Source: Candidatus Bathyarchaeota archaeon
GTDB lineage: Archaea; Thermoproteota; Bathyarchaeia; Bathyarchaeales; Bathycorpusculaceae
NCBI GenBank assembly: GCA_963717465.1
Contig: OY970340.1
Span: forward strand, 1,888,001-1,952,000
Length of the DNA stretch: 64,000 nucleotides
Reading direction: 5' to 3'
Within the stretch, counting starts at the first letter, position 1, and each line of letters starts with the position of its first letter. Shown here in pieces: positions 53,669 through 63,789 of the stretch. The notes below the pieces were generated by a model. The model saw nothing but the letters and a program-made list of their open reading frames with translations. It did not search any database and was not told the origin of the DNA. Position numbers and translations under genes: made by a program.

Positions 53669-54394
53669 TTAATTCAGACAACGTTCCCCGACTGTAACGA
53701 CTTGCCACAGTGTCCACAACCTTCTTTGATTTCGAACCTGAAATCCAGCACGCCTAAAAGTTTCCCGTATTGCGTTTGGATTGTTGGTTCGAAAATGACT
53801 GATGAACTTGGATAATCCCAGCGGTAGCCAAAAATCGGCGATAAACAATAGACCGCCTACTTGCAAAACACGTTTTATTTCTCTTAGACCTTGCTCTTGA
53901 TCTTGCCAGTGATGAAACGAAGCCGTACTGAAGACAAGATCAACCGATTCGTCAGGTAAAGGGAGCGATTCAGCCTTACTAATGTAGAATTTTGCGTCAG
54001 GCGTTAATCGGCGGGCGTTCTCGATCATGCCGTCAGCTGGATCAACGCCGATTAACTGTGCTTTGGGCCAGTACTTTCTGGCTTTGCGGAGCAATCGTCC
54101 AGTCCCGCAACCGACATCTAAAATCGTGTTAGGGGTATGTCCTTTTTCAGCCATGTTTAGCACGCGCCTCTGAATTCGGTCGAAAAGAAACCGCTGCCCT
54201 AACGAATTCTCATAAGTCAAGGACCAACGATTGAAGCGTTCAATGTCATCCGTTTTCTTTACAGCCGTACGTGATCCCTCAAATTTGCAATGACTCTTTG
54301 TATTTTTTAGCGTGTACACTATAAATGGATTTTTCAGATTTTTACTTAACTCTTTACTCCATTCTTCCAGATATGGTATTTGGATTATGTGCAC
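53669..54394 (-). CDS. Class I SAM-dependent methyltransferase
   Basis: LDVGCGTG, GVDPADGM, AESLPLPDESVD, FHHW; start uncertain. Confidence 0.88.
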   Translation of the reverse strand: MHIIQIPYLEEWSKELSKNLKNPFIVYTLKNTKSHCKFEGSRTAVKKTDDIERFNRWSLTYENSLGQRFLFDRIQRRVLNMAEKGHTPNTILDVGCGTGRLLRKARKYWPKAQLIGVDPADGMIENARRLTPDAKFYISKAESLPLPDESVDLVFSTASFHHWQDQEQGLREIKRVLQVGGLLFIADFWLPLGLSKFISHFRTNNPNAIRETFRRAGFQVRNQRRLWTLWQVVTVGERCLN

Positions 54395-54421
54395 CGAACA
54401 ATCATGTACATACTTAAGTGA

Positions 54422-54631
54422 CTATGGTACAGGCCAATCTTTGAGTCTAACGTTCTCTGAATGCAGCTGTCCCTCGGTTGCCCAGTTTGTCTTCGGGACC
54501 TCATAAATGATAATCTCAACTGCTTGACGGGGTATGCCTAACTCCTCAAGCACCCTCGTCATCCCTTCAACAAGTTTCTTCTTATTCTCTTTAGTAATAC
54601 CTGCCCAAACACTTACTTGAACCAAAGGCAA
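54422..54631 (-). CDS. 4-oxalocrotonate tautomerase family protein
   Basis: Pro after the initiator, KENKKKLVEGMT, IYEVPKTNWATEG. Confidence 0.88.
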   Translation of the reverse strand: MPLVQVSVWAGITKENKKKLVEGMTRVLEELGIPRQAVEIIIYEVPKTNWATEGQLHSENVRLKDWPVP

Positions 54632-54934
54632 TGCAACTACCCCAAATAAAATATCCTTTTCTACCTATTAAAACAGTATTACTCATTTCCTACTATACCT
54701 GTGCACTATACAGAAATTGGCTTGTTATAGGAGTATGCTCGATTCCGATTCTATAGTCTTATCCTATATTGATTATGATTTTATTCTATACCTTTCTTTA
54801 TGCCCTGAGTTTGGTTACTGCATATGCTGAACCGTATACACTGCTTTCTCTGAATCGTTGATTTTATGCCCGAAACCACTAAAAATCGTTGGATGGATTG
54901 GTTGGATTAAAATTTAACCCCAAAATAACCTAAC

Positions 54935-55105
54935 TTGGATTTTTCATTTTTCAAGATTAAACAAAAACTGCTGCTAATATTTTCAGGGTTTGCAATTATT
55001 CTTATTTGTTCTTTTTCTGCTGTCCATTATAATTTAGCTGATTTAGGTACTAGTACAATTACTTTTGTCATTTCGGGACTTTTACGACTTTCATTATACG
55101 ATTGA
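54935..55105 (+). CDS. Possible small membrane protein
   Basis: 56-aa TTG-start ORF with hydrophobic stretches (LLLIFSGFAIILICSFS); below the ORF-track cutoff. Confidence 0.25.
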   Translation: MDFSFFKIKQKLLLIFSGFAIILICSFSAVHYNLADLGTSTITFVISGLLRLSLYD

Positions 55106-55394
55106 TTCTTATTTCTTTGGCAAAAAGGAAAAAGTAAAACTGTGATGATATGCAGGAACAGGATGTACGCAATCAACGAAAATTAGCTAGAAGATTTTCA
55201 CTCTTCTTTAATCCTTTTTTCGTACTCCTCATCCGTTATGATACCTTTCTCAATTAGCAAGTCAAACGAGGCATAGTGCATCTCGTCGTTGCTAAATCTG
55301 AAAGTTTTAGCCTGTAGCTCACGAAGATCACATGTTTTTCGTCTAGTAGTATTTTTACGCAGAAATAACATTGTCCTTGTTTTTCGATTTTCAC

Positions 55395-55420
55395 ATGCCG
55401 TTCCCAGAATTTTCCAGATT
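55395..55420. repeat. 26-bp degenerate direct repeat, left copy
   Basis: ATGCCGTTCCCAGAATTTTCCAGATT; 23/26 identical to 57342-57367. Confidence 0.75.
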
Positions 55421-55505
55421 CACTTTTTAGCTTCAGGAATTTTCCCATTTTTCCGGGATTATTCGCGGGTACGACTAGCTCAATTTTTATTCGTGTTTAT
55501 TGGAT

Positions 55506-55886
55506 TTATGTGTTCAATACTGTTATTTTTGTGTTTTCGAAATTTAGGAAATCCTTGTCTTTTGTAATCAGCGTTTCATTGTTTGATGTTGTCATGGCTA
55601 CTATGAGCACGTCAAATTCGTTTATCATCTTGCCTTCTTTTGCCAGTTTCTTGTAGGCTTTGACTGCTTCTTTTATGATGGAATCGTTGAACTCATACAT
55701 GATAAATTTATTAAGCAATTCAGAAACAAAGCCGATATCTTTCTCCGGGGTTCCTCTTAAGATTTCGTACTTGTTGATAACCGTGGTGGCAATCTGTTCT
55801 TTATTTGAATATGCTTCAATCAAATTTAGAGCCGCTTGCTTTCCTCTTAGTATGTCAATGATTATCGGCGAGTCAAATACAACCAT
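55506..55886 (-). CDS. vapC: PIN-domain VapC toxin
   Basis: VFDSPIIID, YEILRG, EFDVLI, ITKDKDF. Confidence 0.88.
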   Translation of the reverse strand: MVVFDSPIIIDILRGKQAALNLIEAYSNKEQIATTVINKYEILRGTPEKDIGFVSELLNKFIMYEFNDSIIKEAVKAYKKLAKEGKMINEFDVLIVAMTTSNNETLITKDKDFLNFENTKITVLNT

Positions 55887-55891
55887 TAAAA

Positions 55892-56137
55892 TCACTCGAC
55901 CACGATGTTTCTTGGGACTGCCCGCTTTCTTCCTTTCTTCAACTCCGCAGTTATTGTCTTTGCGCTATCTTCACTAATAGGTTCATGAGCCTTTAAGAAA
56001 TCGATTATTTTCTTTGGATCCCCTTTGATCTCGCATCTTTCAATGAGCGACTTTAGTAGTTCTGTAAAAGACATGCCGTTTTTTATTCGAGAAAGCTCAA
56101 AGTAAACTTCATCTGATATTGATATTACTCGCACCAA
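55892..56137 (-). CDS. vapB: Archaeal VapB-like antitoxin
   Basis: RVISISDEVYFELSRIKNGMSFTELL; TTG56137 is the likely start. Confidence 0.8.
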   Translation of the reverse strand: MVRVISISDEVYFELSRIKNGMSFTELLKSLIERCEIKGDPKKIIDFLKAHEPISEDSAKTITAELKKGRKRAVPRNIVVE

Positions 56138-56361
56138 TGGTGGATACCCATTCAATGATATATCTATACATACATATATACATTATTTCTGATTAAACTT
56201 CCCGATCAAAAGGCAAAGAAATAACCCAAAAGAGTTTCAGAAGACCAAATAATGCTTGAGGTAGCAGGTTGTAAATGTGTCTTTCATGAGTGTTAAGTTA
56301 TCCATAATTTCAGCGATAACTATTAATATGATCTTGGTGATTCATGCGTTTAAACGGCTAT

Positions 56362-56427
56362 GGCTATGGCATTAGCCTTGGGCTCTTTGCAGTCTGAACC
56401 GCATCTTTGGGTGCTAATAATGCCTAC
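56362..56427 (+). promoter_or_regulatory. Fluoride riboswitch (crcB motif)
   Basis: GGCUAUGGCAUUAGCC..AACCGC..GCUAAUAAUGCCUAC; GGCUA/UAGCC stem, GGCAU/AUGCC pseudoknot, GCAUC/GGUGC hairpin; directly upstream of crcB. Confidence 0.9.
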
Positions 56428-56461
56428 CTTAAATTGGAGTAAACTAAGGTTGGGCAAAAAG

Positions 56462-56851
56462 ATGCAGTTAACAGACGCATTACTGTTAATAAGTGGAGCT
56501 GTAATTGGTGTTCTTTTACGCTATGAGATAGTTGAATCCCCAATTACTTTAGGCGGCTTGCAGGTCAACGTCCTAATGGTGAATATTATAGGCAGTTTCA
56601 TTTTAGGTATTTTTTCAGTAGTTGCACTCTTCTTTAACTTAGATGCCAAATATTCACTTCTAGTTGCGATTGGATTCTGCGGCACATTCACAACAATGTC
56701 ATCATTCGCCCTGGAAACAACCAACCTACTGGAAAGCAATCGGCTTGGCTTTGTGGCATTAAATATTTTAGCGAACGTAGGCTTATCATTAAGTGCAGTC
56801 TTAGGCGGCAAAACTTTAGGCACAATAGTGTTGGAGCAACTGATAAAGTGA
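56462..56851 (+). CDS. crcB: Fluoride channel Fluc/CrcB
   Basis: GVLLRY, VNIIGSFILG, GFCGTFTTMSSF; ATG56462 follows the riboswitch. Confidence 0.95.
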   Translation: MQLTDALLLISGAVIGVLLRYEIVESPITLGGLQVNVLMVNIIGSFILGIFSVVALFFNLDAKYSLLVAIGFCGTFTTMSSFALETTNLLESNRLGFVALNILANVGLSLSAVLGGKTLGTIVLEQLIK

Positions 56852-57159
56852 AACAGAAAATGTGGAACCTCACCATCTGGATAAAAAAGAACGACCAGCT
56901 CGGCGGAAAGCGTCTTGAAACCCTAATAATGGACCTGCTAATCAAAAATCAAATTGCAGGAGCAACAGTCTGGACAGGAGTTAACGGATTTGGCAAAAGA
57001 GGCAAATCAACACTGCACATGGAAGGAATCTCAATGAACATGCCACTAATAATCGACGTAATCGATGAACAAGCAAAATTAGAACCACTACTCACCGAAC
57101 TAAAACGAATCGTCGACGACAACGGACTAATAAGCATAACAGACGTTTATGTCCTGTAA
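56848..57159 (+). CDS. DUF190 (PII-like) protein
   Basis: IAGATVWTGVNGFG..SMNMPLII; GTGA overlap with crcB, its usual neighbour. Confidence 0.9.
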   Translation: MKQKMWNLTIWIKKNDQLGGKRLETLIMDLLIKNQIAGATVWTGVNGFGKRGKSTLHMEGISMNMPLIIDVIDEQAKLEPLLTELKRIVDDNGLISITDVYVL

Positions 57160-57341
57160 CCAAACAACCTTCAAAATTAACAAGGTCAACTAAGACAAAT
57201 ACTCTTATCCATTAGGACAGCAACTTAACCCAGAAATATTTCACTGTTATGATTTTTTCCAGATTTCCCATAAGATTCACGGAATTTCCAGATTTTTTCT
57301 AAAACCGCAAACTGTTTTTACTGGCTTTCTCCAAACTTTCA

Positions 57342-57367
57342 ATGCCGTTCGCGGAATTCTCCAGATT
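57342..57367. repeat. 26-bp degenerate direct repeat, right copy
   Basis: ATGCCGTTCGCGGAATTCTCCAGATT; extra TTCCAGATT cores at 57257 and 57286. Confidence 0.75.
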
Positions 57368-57696
57368 TTCCCAATTTTCTCAGGATTTGAGCTACGGATT
57401 TTCTCCATTTTCGGTTCATTTTAGCTCGTTTGAACCTGCCTAGGTAAACGTTGTTCTTCCGTCATTTTTTTGCCTTTTTGGCATTCCTCAGAAGTAACAA
57501 GATCACTTTGCTTTACACAACGTAAACGCTGTTCCATTAAAGTCAGAAAAGGCAAAACTGAAAAAGACGAATCAGAACCCATTATCAATCGGCAATCATT
57601 GTCACATTTGACCTTTATGAAACTGACAGAACCTCTCCAATGATTATTGAAATTGACACTGAGTACTTTTTATAGACTATCAATTCTATTAATTAC

Positions 57697-58329
57697 ATGG
57701 CTAAACTGTACCTTCTAGGCGGAGAAAACATAATCCAACAAGATGCACGAAATATTAATCAAAGTGCATTCCAAGACGCTGGTGAATTACCCGCGGTCCT
57801 AGTCTTTCCATGGGCTAGACCATCTTTTGATAAAACCTACAACCGTAGAAAAATTCTAGTTGACTACTTTAAGTGCCTTGGCGCAAGCACGGTAAACTTT
57901 GCAGAATACTCGGATGACAAAGAAGAAATCAAACAGAAAATTTCTTGCTCTGACCTGATTTACTTGACAGGCGGACAGGCAAGTATTCTGGTTGAACGCC
58001 TAAAAAACACGGCAGTCGACCTTTTGCTATTCAGTTATAGAGGCGTTATCGTTGGAAGAAGCGCAGGGGCACTGGCCTTAAGCCGAAAATGCATAGTAAC
58101 AGGCAAAGGCAAAAAAACAAAAATTGTAAACGGGCTTGGCTTAACAGATCTCACGCTAAAAGCTCACTACACGATTAGAAATGACGCATTGCTGTCAAAC
58201 TTATCAAAGCAAGAAGCCATATACGCTGTGCCTCAAGCATCCTCACTCATTGTTGACAACGGTGCCTTATCAAATATTGGACCGGTATTTTTGTTTGAAA
58301 ATGGTCAAAGACGCCAATTCGGTTCTTAA
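57697..58329 (+). CDS. Peptidase S51 (dipeptidase E/cyanophycinase-like)
   Basis: LIYLTGG, VGRSAGA, GLGL..AHY. Confidence 0.85.
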   Translation: MAKLYLLGGENIIQQDARNINQSAFQDAGELPAVLVFPWARPSFDKTYNRRKILVDYFKCLGASTVNFAEYSDDKEEIKQKISCSDLIYLTGGQASILVERLKNTAVDLLLFSYRGVIVGRSAGALALSRKCIVTGKGKKTKIVNGLGLTDLTLKAHYTIRNDALLSNLSKQEAIYAVPQASSLIVDNGALSNIGPVFLFENGQRRQFGS

Positions 58330-58339
58330 CTTCTTGCAT

Positions 58340-59371
58340 TCAACAAAAAGTCTTTGCTGAATGTTTTGCTGAATCTAAATCTCCAATCCAGAGACTGTTA
58401 ACGGATTCTTTAGTTGGCACATTTACGGTGATAGATTTGTCCAGTTTTTCTCTACCAAAGCCTACCGTGACTTCACTTGTTTTAGCGTCTGAATAAAACG
58501 CAGTCAACTCTGCCGCTACTTTAATGGCTTTTCTTGTTTTCGGTCCCTGCAGAATCGAGATTGGACCAACGATAACTGGCAATTCAAAATAGAATTCACC
58601 AGAAACTTTACGAGCTACCAAAAACTTGTTTTCAGACTCGCTTCTTCCCACTATTATCTTGTTTTGGCCAAATCGAAAGTGTCTGCCAACCTTAAGCAAA
58701 GAAATATCCTTCATGGACACGCGTTTCTTATGTACGAGAAGGTCTCTTAACTTATCAGCATACTGCTTATAAGTCAACAAGCAACCGCCAGAAGGACAGG
58801 GAAAATCTTTGATATCAAATTCTTTAGCAAGCCTAAACTGAGGTTTCCTTGACCTCCCCTGAAAATCCAAAAGCTTACCCCGATCAACCAACCCCTTCTT
58901 TTCTATAAGGGTCTCAGGCAGCACTTTAGCAGACAGCGGTCTTAAGATTTTGCCGTCCAAGCCAGCTTCTCTCTCAATCAACTTCATTGCAGCATAATGT
59001 TGCGACATTGGTCTTTCATCCAAAACTTCACCCGTGAAAATAAAGTCCGCCTTGATTTCACGCGCGTACTTTCTAGCTTTTTTAAAGAGAAATATTCTGC
59101 AGTCTATGCATGGATTCATGTTTCGGCCGTAACCGTGTTTAGGGTTGCGAAGTATCCTTAGATAATCGTCTCCTGCTAAAACAGTCTTTAACGGTATACC
59201 TAATTGCTTTGAAGCATCAACGGCAGCGCAACCGCCTTTTTTACAAAGACAAAAAGGGCTCCTAACATTGAAAGCTACAACATCTATTCCTTGGTTCAGA
59301 ACCATTTTTGTGGCAAGTATACTATCTAATCCACCTGAAAGCAAAGCCAAAGCCTTAACATTAGTGCTCAT
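58340..59371 (-). CDS. PP-loop tRNA-thiolation-like protein (ThiI/MnmA-related)
   Basis: LSGGLDS, NPCIDCR, TGEVLDERPMSQ, GRSRK, GGCLLT, VGRHFR. Confidence 0.8.
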   Translation of the reverse strand: MSTNVKALALLSGGLDSILATKMVLNQGIDVVAFNVRSPFCLCKKGGCAAVDASKQLGIPLKTVLAGDDYLRILRNPKHGYGRNMNPCIDCRIFLFKKARKYAREIKADFIFTGEVLDERPMSQHYAAMKLIEREAGLDGKILRPLSAKVLPETLIEKKGLVDRGKLLDFQGRSRKPQFRLAKEFDIKDFPCPSGGCLLTYKQYADKLRDLLVHKKRVSMKDISLLKVGRHFRFGQNKIIVGRSESENKFLVARKVSGEFYFELPVIVGPISILQGPKTRKAIKVAAELTAFYSDAKTSEVTVGFGREKLDKSITVNVPTKESVNSLWIGDLDSAKHSAKTFC

Positions 59372-59572
59372 GCAGCAAATAGCATTCACTCAGAGAAATA
59401 ATAATGTTATCCGATAATTCAAAAAAAATCTTGACATACAGCTATTTTTAATCGAAGGCACGCGTAGTTTTTAAACCATATTGTTAATTTTTTGGTGACA
59501 ATTGGGCGAATGTTTAATAAAGCAATGTTTCAATTAAAACTGCCTATTCGCTTTGTATCTTTGAACTTGGGG

Positions 59573-60684
59573 TTGAAAAAAAACTGGATATAAGTATCTT
59601 CATTCCAGTTTACAAAGACTCAGATCAATTAGTAAACATGCTCAAAAAACTAATCAAACAAAATGTTCAAAAAGAAATCTTTGTAATCATCGACGAGGCA
59701 ACTCTGAGTTTTCAGGAAAAAATAAAAGTCTTCACCAATCACGTGAACTTTGTCTTCAACAAAGAAAGGATTGGAAAAGCAAACGCGCTAAACAACACTG
59801 TTCCTCTCTCTTCAGGTAAAGTTCTAGTTTTTCTGGATTCTGACGTTGACATCGATGATGACCCTGATTTCTTGAAGAAAATTATTATGGAAATTCAAAA
59901 TGTAGACGTATTGGACATTAAGAAACAAGTTGTTAAAACATCATCTTTCCTATCAACAATGGCGTACTACGAGTACTTCTCGTTTAACCTTAGCTCATGG
60001 TTATTGTCCAAAGTTATGAAGAAATGCCCAGCTTTAAACGGTTCAGCCTTCGCAATAAAACGCGAAACGTTCGAGAACATTAATGGTTTTCGACCAGTTG
60101 TAGCTGAAGATTTTGATATCGCCACCAGAGTCTTCCTCATAGACGGCAGCTTTGCTTACACATCAGATGTCGGAGTTAAAAACGAAGTTATTTCAGATTG
60201 GAAAAAATGGTTTAAACAAAGAAACAGGTGGGCAATCGGTCAAGCATTATGGGTTAAAGAATGGTATCGCGCTCTGGGAAAAAAGTTTTACAGTAAACCA
60301 CAAGTCTACATGCCCAGCCTATTCTTCCTGTATCCTTCAATTGCAATACTTCTTGTCAGCTTCGCTGTGCCCAACGGCTGGATGTACCATTCTTTCTTGT
60401 TCATGATGCTATCCCTCTCAGTAACGTTTAACATCGTGTTGCCTGTCTTCTTGTTCACGCTCGCGACAGTTGACATATTACGAGCAACATTATTTTCGTT
60501 CCTTGGTTTCGCTCTAACATCAGGTGTCTACTATGGCTTTTCAAAACAATTCGGATACAAAATAAAACTCCATGAATTATTCGTCTACTACTTCTTTTAT
60601 TCAACACTATGGATCATAATCACAGCCTTTGGCTATATCCAAGTGATTTTTGGCAAGAAAGGCGTCTCAAGCTGGAAAACCTAA
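59573..60684 (+). CDS. Membrane GT2 glycosyltransferase; start probably upstream of an A8 frameshift
   Basis: LDISIFIPVY in frame before ATG59638; GKANALN, FLDSD, AEDFD, QRNRW, C-terminal TMs. Confidence 0.85.
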
Positions 60685-60746
60685 AAACTGATGCTCTGAA
60701 AAGTGAAATAGTGCTCAAAAATTGCTTATCATTTCTGAAAAACAAA

Positions 60747-61154
60747 TTACGGTGGAGGCTTTTTTTGGGCGTACTGGTATCGGCGAGGCTTCCCAATTCG
60801 CGTAAGGATGTTATCTTTAACCAAATCAACTAATGCATGGGCAACAGCAGTGCGGTCATAGTGAAATCCTTTTCTTGCGAGTTCAGAATGGACTTCATCC
60901 AGGTTTTTTGGGGTATTGAACCAGTTTTCTTCCCAGAGTTTTTGGATTACGCCCTTGCATGTTTCCGCTCGAGGTGGTGGAGCTGGTCGCTCGGCTACTT
61001 GGGCAAGACTTGTGTTTCTTAAGCGCTCAGTTACTGTAGCGAGTATTCTGTCAACAGCGGTTTGGATTTGGTCTTCTTGAGATTCTATTTCAAATTCTAT
61101 GTCGCCGATTTTCATTTTTACTCGTATTGGTGGTTTTTGCTGTTTTTCTGTCAA
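60747..61154 (-). CDS. Hypothetical protein with a C-terminal winged-helix-like domain
   Basis: LWEENWFNTPKNLDEVHSELARKG..LVDLVKDNILTRIG..YQY. Confidence 0.7.
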   Translation of the reverse strand: MTEKQQKPPIRVKMKIGDIEFEIESQEDQIQTAVDRILATVTERLRNTSLAQVAERPAPPPRAETCKGVIQKLWEENWFNTPKNLDEVHSELARKGFHYDRTAVAHALVDLVKDNILTRIGKPRRYQYAQKKPPP

Positions 61155-61162
61155 GTCTTCAC

Positions 61163-61241
61163 CTATTGTATATTGTATTGTACAAGATGCACATGCACAA
61201 TATTTAAATATTTCACCAATAAGCTATTGTATATTGGTGAA
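61163..61241. promoter_or_regulatory. Divergent promoter with operator-like repeats
   Basis: Palindrome AATATTTAAATATT at 61199-61212; CTATTGTATATTG at 61163 and 61224; inverted repeat TTCACCAATA/TATTGGTGAA at 61212-61241. Confidence 0.6.
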
Positions 61242-61243
61242 TC

Positions 61244-62329
61244 TTGGTGATTGAACAATATACTGTAACAACTCAAACATATAACTTTCCACAACACACT
61301 ACAGACACAACGCTCCCACAGCGCTTCCTAGAACAAAGCATACATTCACTAAAAAAAGTCCAACAAAAAGCCGAAGCGTTTCAATTAAATCCGCAAAACC
61401 TTCAACAGTCCGTCACAGCACAGCAATACCAAGCCAATCTGCAACTGAAGCACGAGGCAATTTCGCTGAAACCAGATCACCAAGAAACAACAATTGCAGC
61501 AGTTGACACTTCCACAATAAAAATCGGCGAAACCAGGACAGGCGTACTAATTGCCATCAGAGGAGCAACAACTTGGCGGCAAAACCGAACCTACAATTAT
61601 ACCCGCCTTGGGCCGTTCATATTTCATATCACCGAAGAAAACAAAAACCAAGTTTTTAACACACTTGAAAAAGCTTACTTCAGCGCAACTGCCCAAGGCA
61701 GCCATCAAGCAGCACCAAACCTTATGCAGATACCCACAAGGCTGGCCAGCCTGTTGGAAAGATGGTTACAGGCTATGCTTGCGAAAACCGTTGTTAACGG
61801 TATACTCCTTTTTGATGGCTCATTAACCTCAGGTACGTTTGACACTCCTGCCCAACGAATGAAAGACATCTTGTGCAGTGCAAGGCGGAATCATACGACT
61901 GTGCTTGCCTTCTCAAAAATGACTACGTTGCGGGTGAATGGTTATCTTATTACTGATCAATTGCCCAATCAAGATCCACCTTACCTGCTTGAAACCTCTA
62001 ATTTGTGCTTTAAGCCGCCGCTTGTAATGTTAGGCGATGTTTACGTGGCTAGATTGAGTCGTGCAAACTTGGCTTTTCGACTTGACATTGACAGTGAAAT
62101 TCCGATTCTGCAAAGGCTGGAGGCGATGCAGAAATTGTTGGGTAATGATGTTTACTCGCAGAGTTACCCTGAAACCCTCAGGCTATCTCATATTTTGTGC
62201 ACGTTTACAGCCAACGAGTTGTTGGCGATTCAGCATTTTATCACCCGTAAGCATGGTATTCAAATCGTCAACAGACCCGACATGCATAGACTGCTTTTCG
62301 GCTCGTTTGGAAAAGGAGAGATTAGCTGA
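61244..62329 (+). CDS. nurA: NurA-family nuclease
   Basis: IAAVDTS, LLFDGSL, AFSK, SYPETLRLSH; coupled to a HerA-like gene. Confidence 0.8.
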   Translation: MVIEQYTVTTQTYNFPQHTTDTTLPQRFLEQSIHSLKKVQQKAEAFQLNPQNLQQSVTAQQYQANLQLKHEAISLKPDHQETTIAAVDTSTIKIGETRTGVLIAIRGATTWRQNRTYNYTRLGPFIFHITEENKNQVFNTLEKAYFSATAQGSHQAAPNLMQIPTRLASLLERWLQAMLAKTVVNGILLFDGSLTSGTFDTPAQRMKDILCSARRNHTTVLAFSKMTTLRVNGYLITDQLPNQDPPYLLETSNLCFKPPLVMLGDVYVARLSRANLAFRLDIDSEIPILQRLEAMQKLLGNDVYSQSYPETLRLSHILCTFTANELLAIQHFITRKHGIQIVNRPDMHRLLFGSFGKGEIS

Positions 62330-63789
62330 TGAAACTTTACAAGAAAGAAGGCAATATCCTGCAGATAATTGGTTTTCCAGCGGAAAATGCTGAAAAAGGC
62401 GATTACCTTCTTGTTGAAGACCCTGATGCAGCGAAAGCTTTAATCGCTCAAGTAATCGACGTCCAATTCGCCGCTGTGCCAGGTGTGCTGGAGGAGTTGT
62501 TGCGGACTCTTCCGGATGGCGGTGAATCTTTAAGGGGGGAAGACATAGACCCGATGGAAATTGCCCCTCATATCACGTATATTCAAGATGCGAGCCTTGT
62601 GATCTGTAAAATAAGGGCGACTGTTGAAAATGGAATGCTTAGTCCAAGCAGCAGTTGGCTGCCAAGTCGTTCACAATCAACCATAAAAAAACTCTCCATT
62701 CCGTTGCTTATGAAGCTGGCAAAGATCGAGGGTAAGCTTCCGATAATTCTTGGGTGCACTAAAGACTCGTCACTTCTAACGATTGATGCTTCAGCACTGG
62801 ATGGAACATTAAACATTATAACGGGTAAGAAAGGTTGTGGCAAATCGCACCTTTCCAAACTCTTAATGACAAACTTGGTGGGCTTCAAAGCAGCAGTGGT
62901 AATTTTTGATTTGAACGGTGAGTACTCAAGCCTGGGCATGACAAACGATGGGAAACGAAACATGTACTACGATAAAATACACTCGCTGGTTCCTTCGCAA
63001 AACTTCAAAGTAGCCCTCGAACAACTTCATTTGAACACGGTGATGGGCATACTGATCAACGCGTTGCATCTGCCTGGCAATTCAGCCCGAGAGTTTAGGC
63101 GACTCTGGAAAACGCTTAAGGAAAAAGGAAAACTCAACATGCAAGAACTAGGCGAAGCCATAAGCAACTTAAACTGCAACCAGCACGTGCGCGATGCGTT
63201 AGCTTCACGGGTCCATTCACTTGCTAACTCTGGATTCTTCACTGATTGCCCAGGAGAAGCAACTTTACTGGATGAATGCTTCATTAAAGCAAAAGAAAAC
63301 GGGGGCGCAATAATCATAAACCTGCGCAATACCTCTAACATCGACCGCCAAATCGTTGTGGAGTACGTTCTTGGCAAACTCGTTGATTGTCTTTCAAGTT
63401 GGAAGTTAAACGCTGTTTTCTTGTTCGCTGAAGAGGCGCATCTTTACCTGCGCGAAACATACTGGGATGACATCGTAACACGTATGCGACACTTTGGAAT
63501 ATTCACTACTTTTATCACTAATCAGCCTGACACCATTCAGGAAACGATTTATCGTCAAGCCGACAACATTTTCCTCTTCAACTTCACCAATGAACACGAC
63601 TTGGAAGTGGTTTCAAGGGCTGCACGCGTGGACGCTGAAACAGTAAAGTCAATAGCTAAGGATTTGCCCCCGCAACAATGTTTGACCTTGGGAAAAGTCG
63701 TGAATGATTTTCCAATCGTTACACGCATAAGAGCACTTGACATTAAAACGATGGGTGAGACACGCCTATTTTTTAAGAATAAGAATTAA
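62329..63789 (+). CDS. herA: HerA-like ATPase with HAS barrel
   Basis: GDYLLVE, Walker A GKKGCGKS, FDLNGEY, FAEEAHLY, RMRHFG, TNQP. Confidence 0.85.
   Translation: MKLYKKEGNILQIIGFPAENAEKGDYLLVEDPDAAKALIAQVIDVQFAAVPGVLEELLRTLPDGGESLRGEDIDPMEIAPHITYIQDASLVICKIRATVENGMLSPSSSWLPSRSQSTIKKLSIPLLMKLAKIEGKLPIILGCTKDSSLLTIDASALDGTLNIITGKKGCGKSHLSKLLMTNLVGFKAAVVIFDLNGEYSSLGMTNDGKRNMYYDKIHSLVPSQNFKVALEQLHLNTVMGILINALHLPGNSAREFRRLWKTLKEKGKLNMQELGEAISNLNCNQHVRDALASRVHSLANSGFFTDCPGEATLLDECFIKAKENGGAIIINLRNTSNIDRQIVVEYVLGKLVDCLSSWKLNAVFLFAEEAHLYLRETYWDDIVTRMRHFGIFTTFITNQPDTIQETIYRQADNIFLFNFTNEHDLEVVSRAARVDAETVKSIAKDLPPQQCLTLGKVVNDFPIVTRIRALDIKTMGETRLFFKNKN

Noticed and set aside
55254..55567. Two short overlapping ORFs
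   Set aside because: No recognisable motif; they cross the repeat-containing intergenic DNA
56360..56461. N-terminal extension of CrcB
   Set aside because: It overlaps the fluoride riboswitch; ATG56462 gives a normal-length protein
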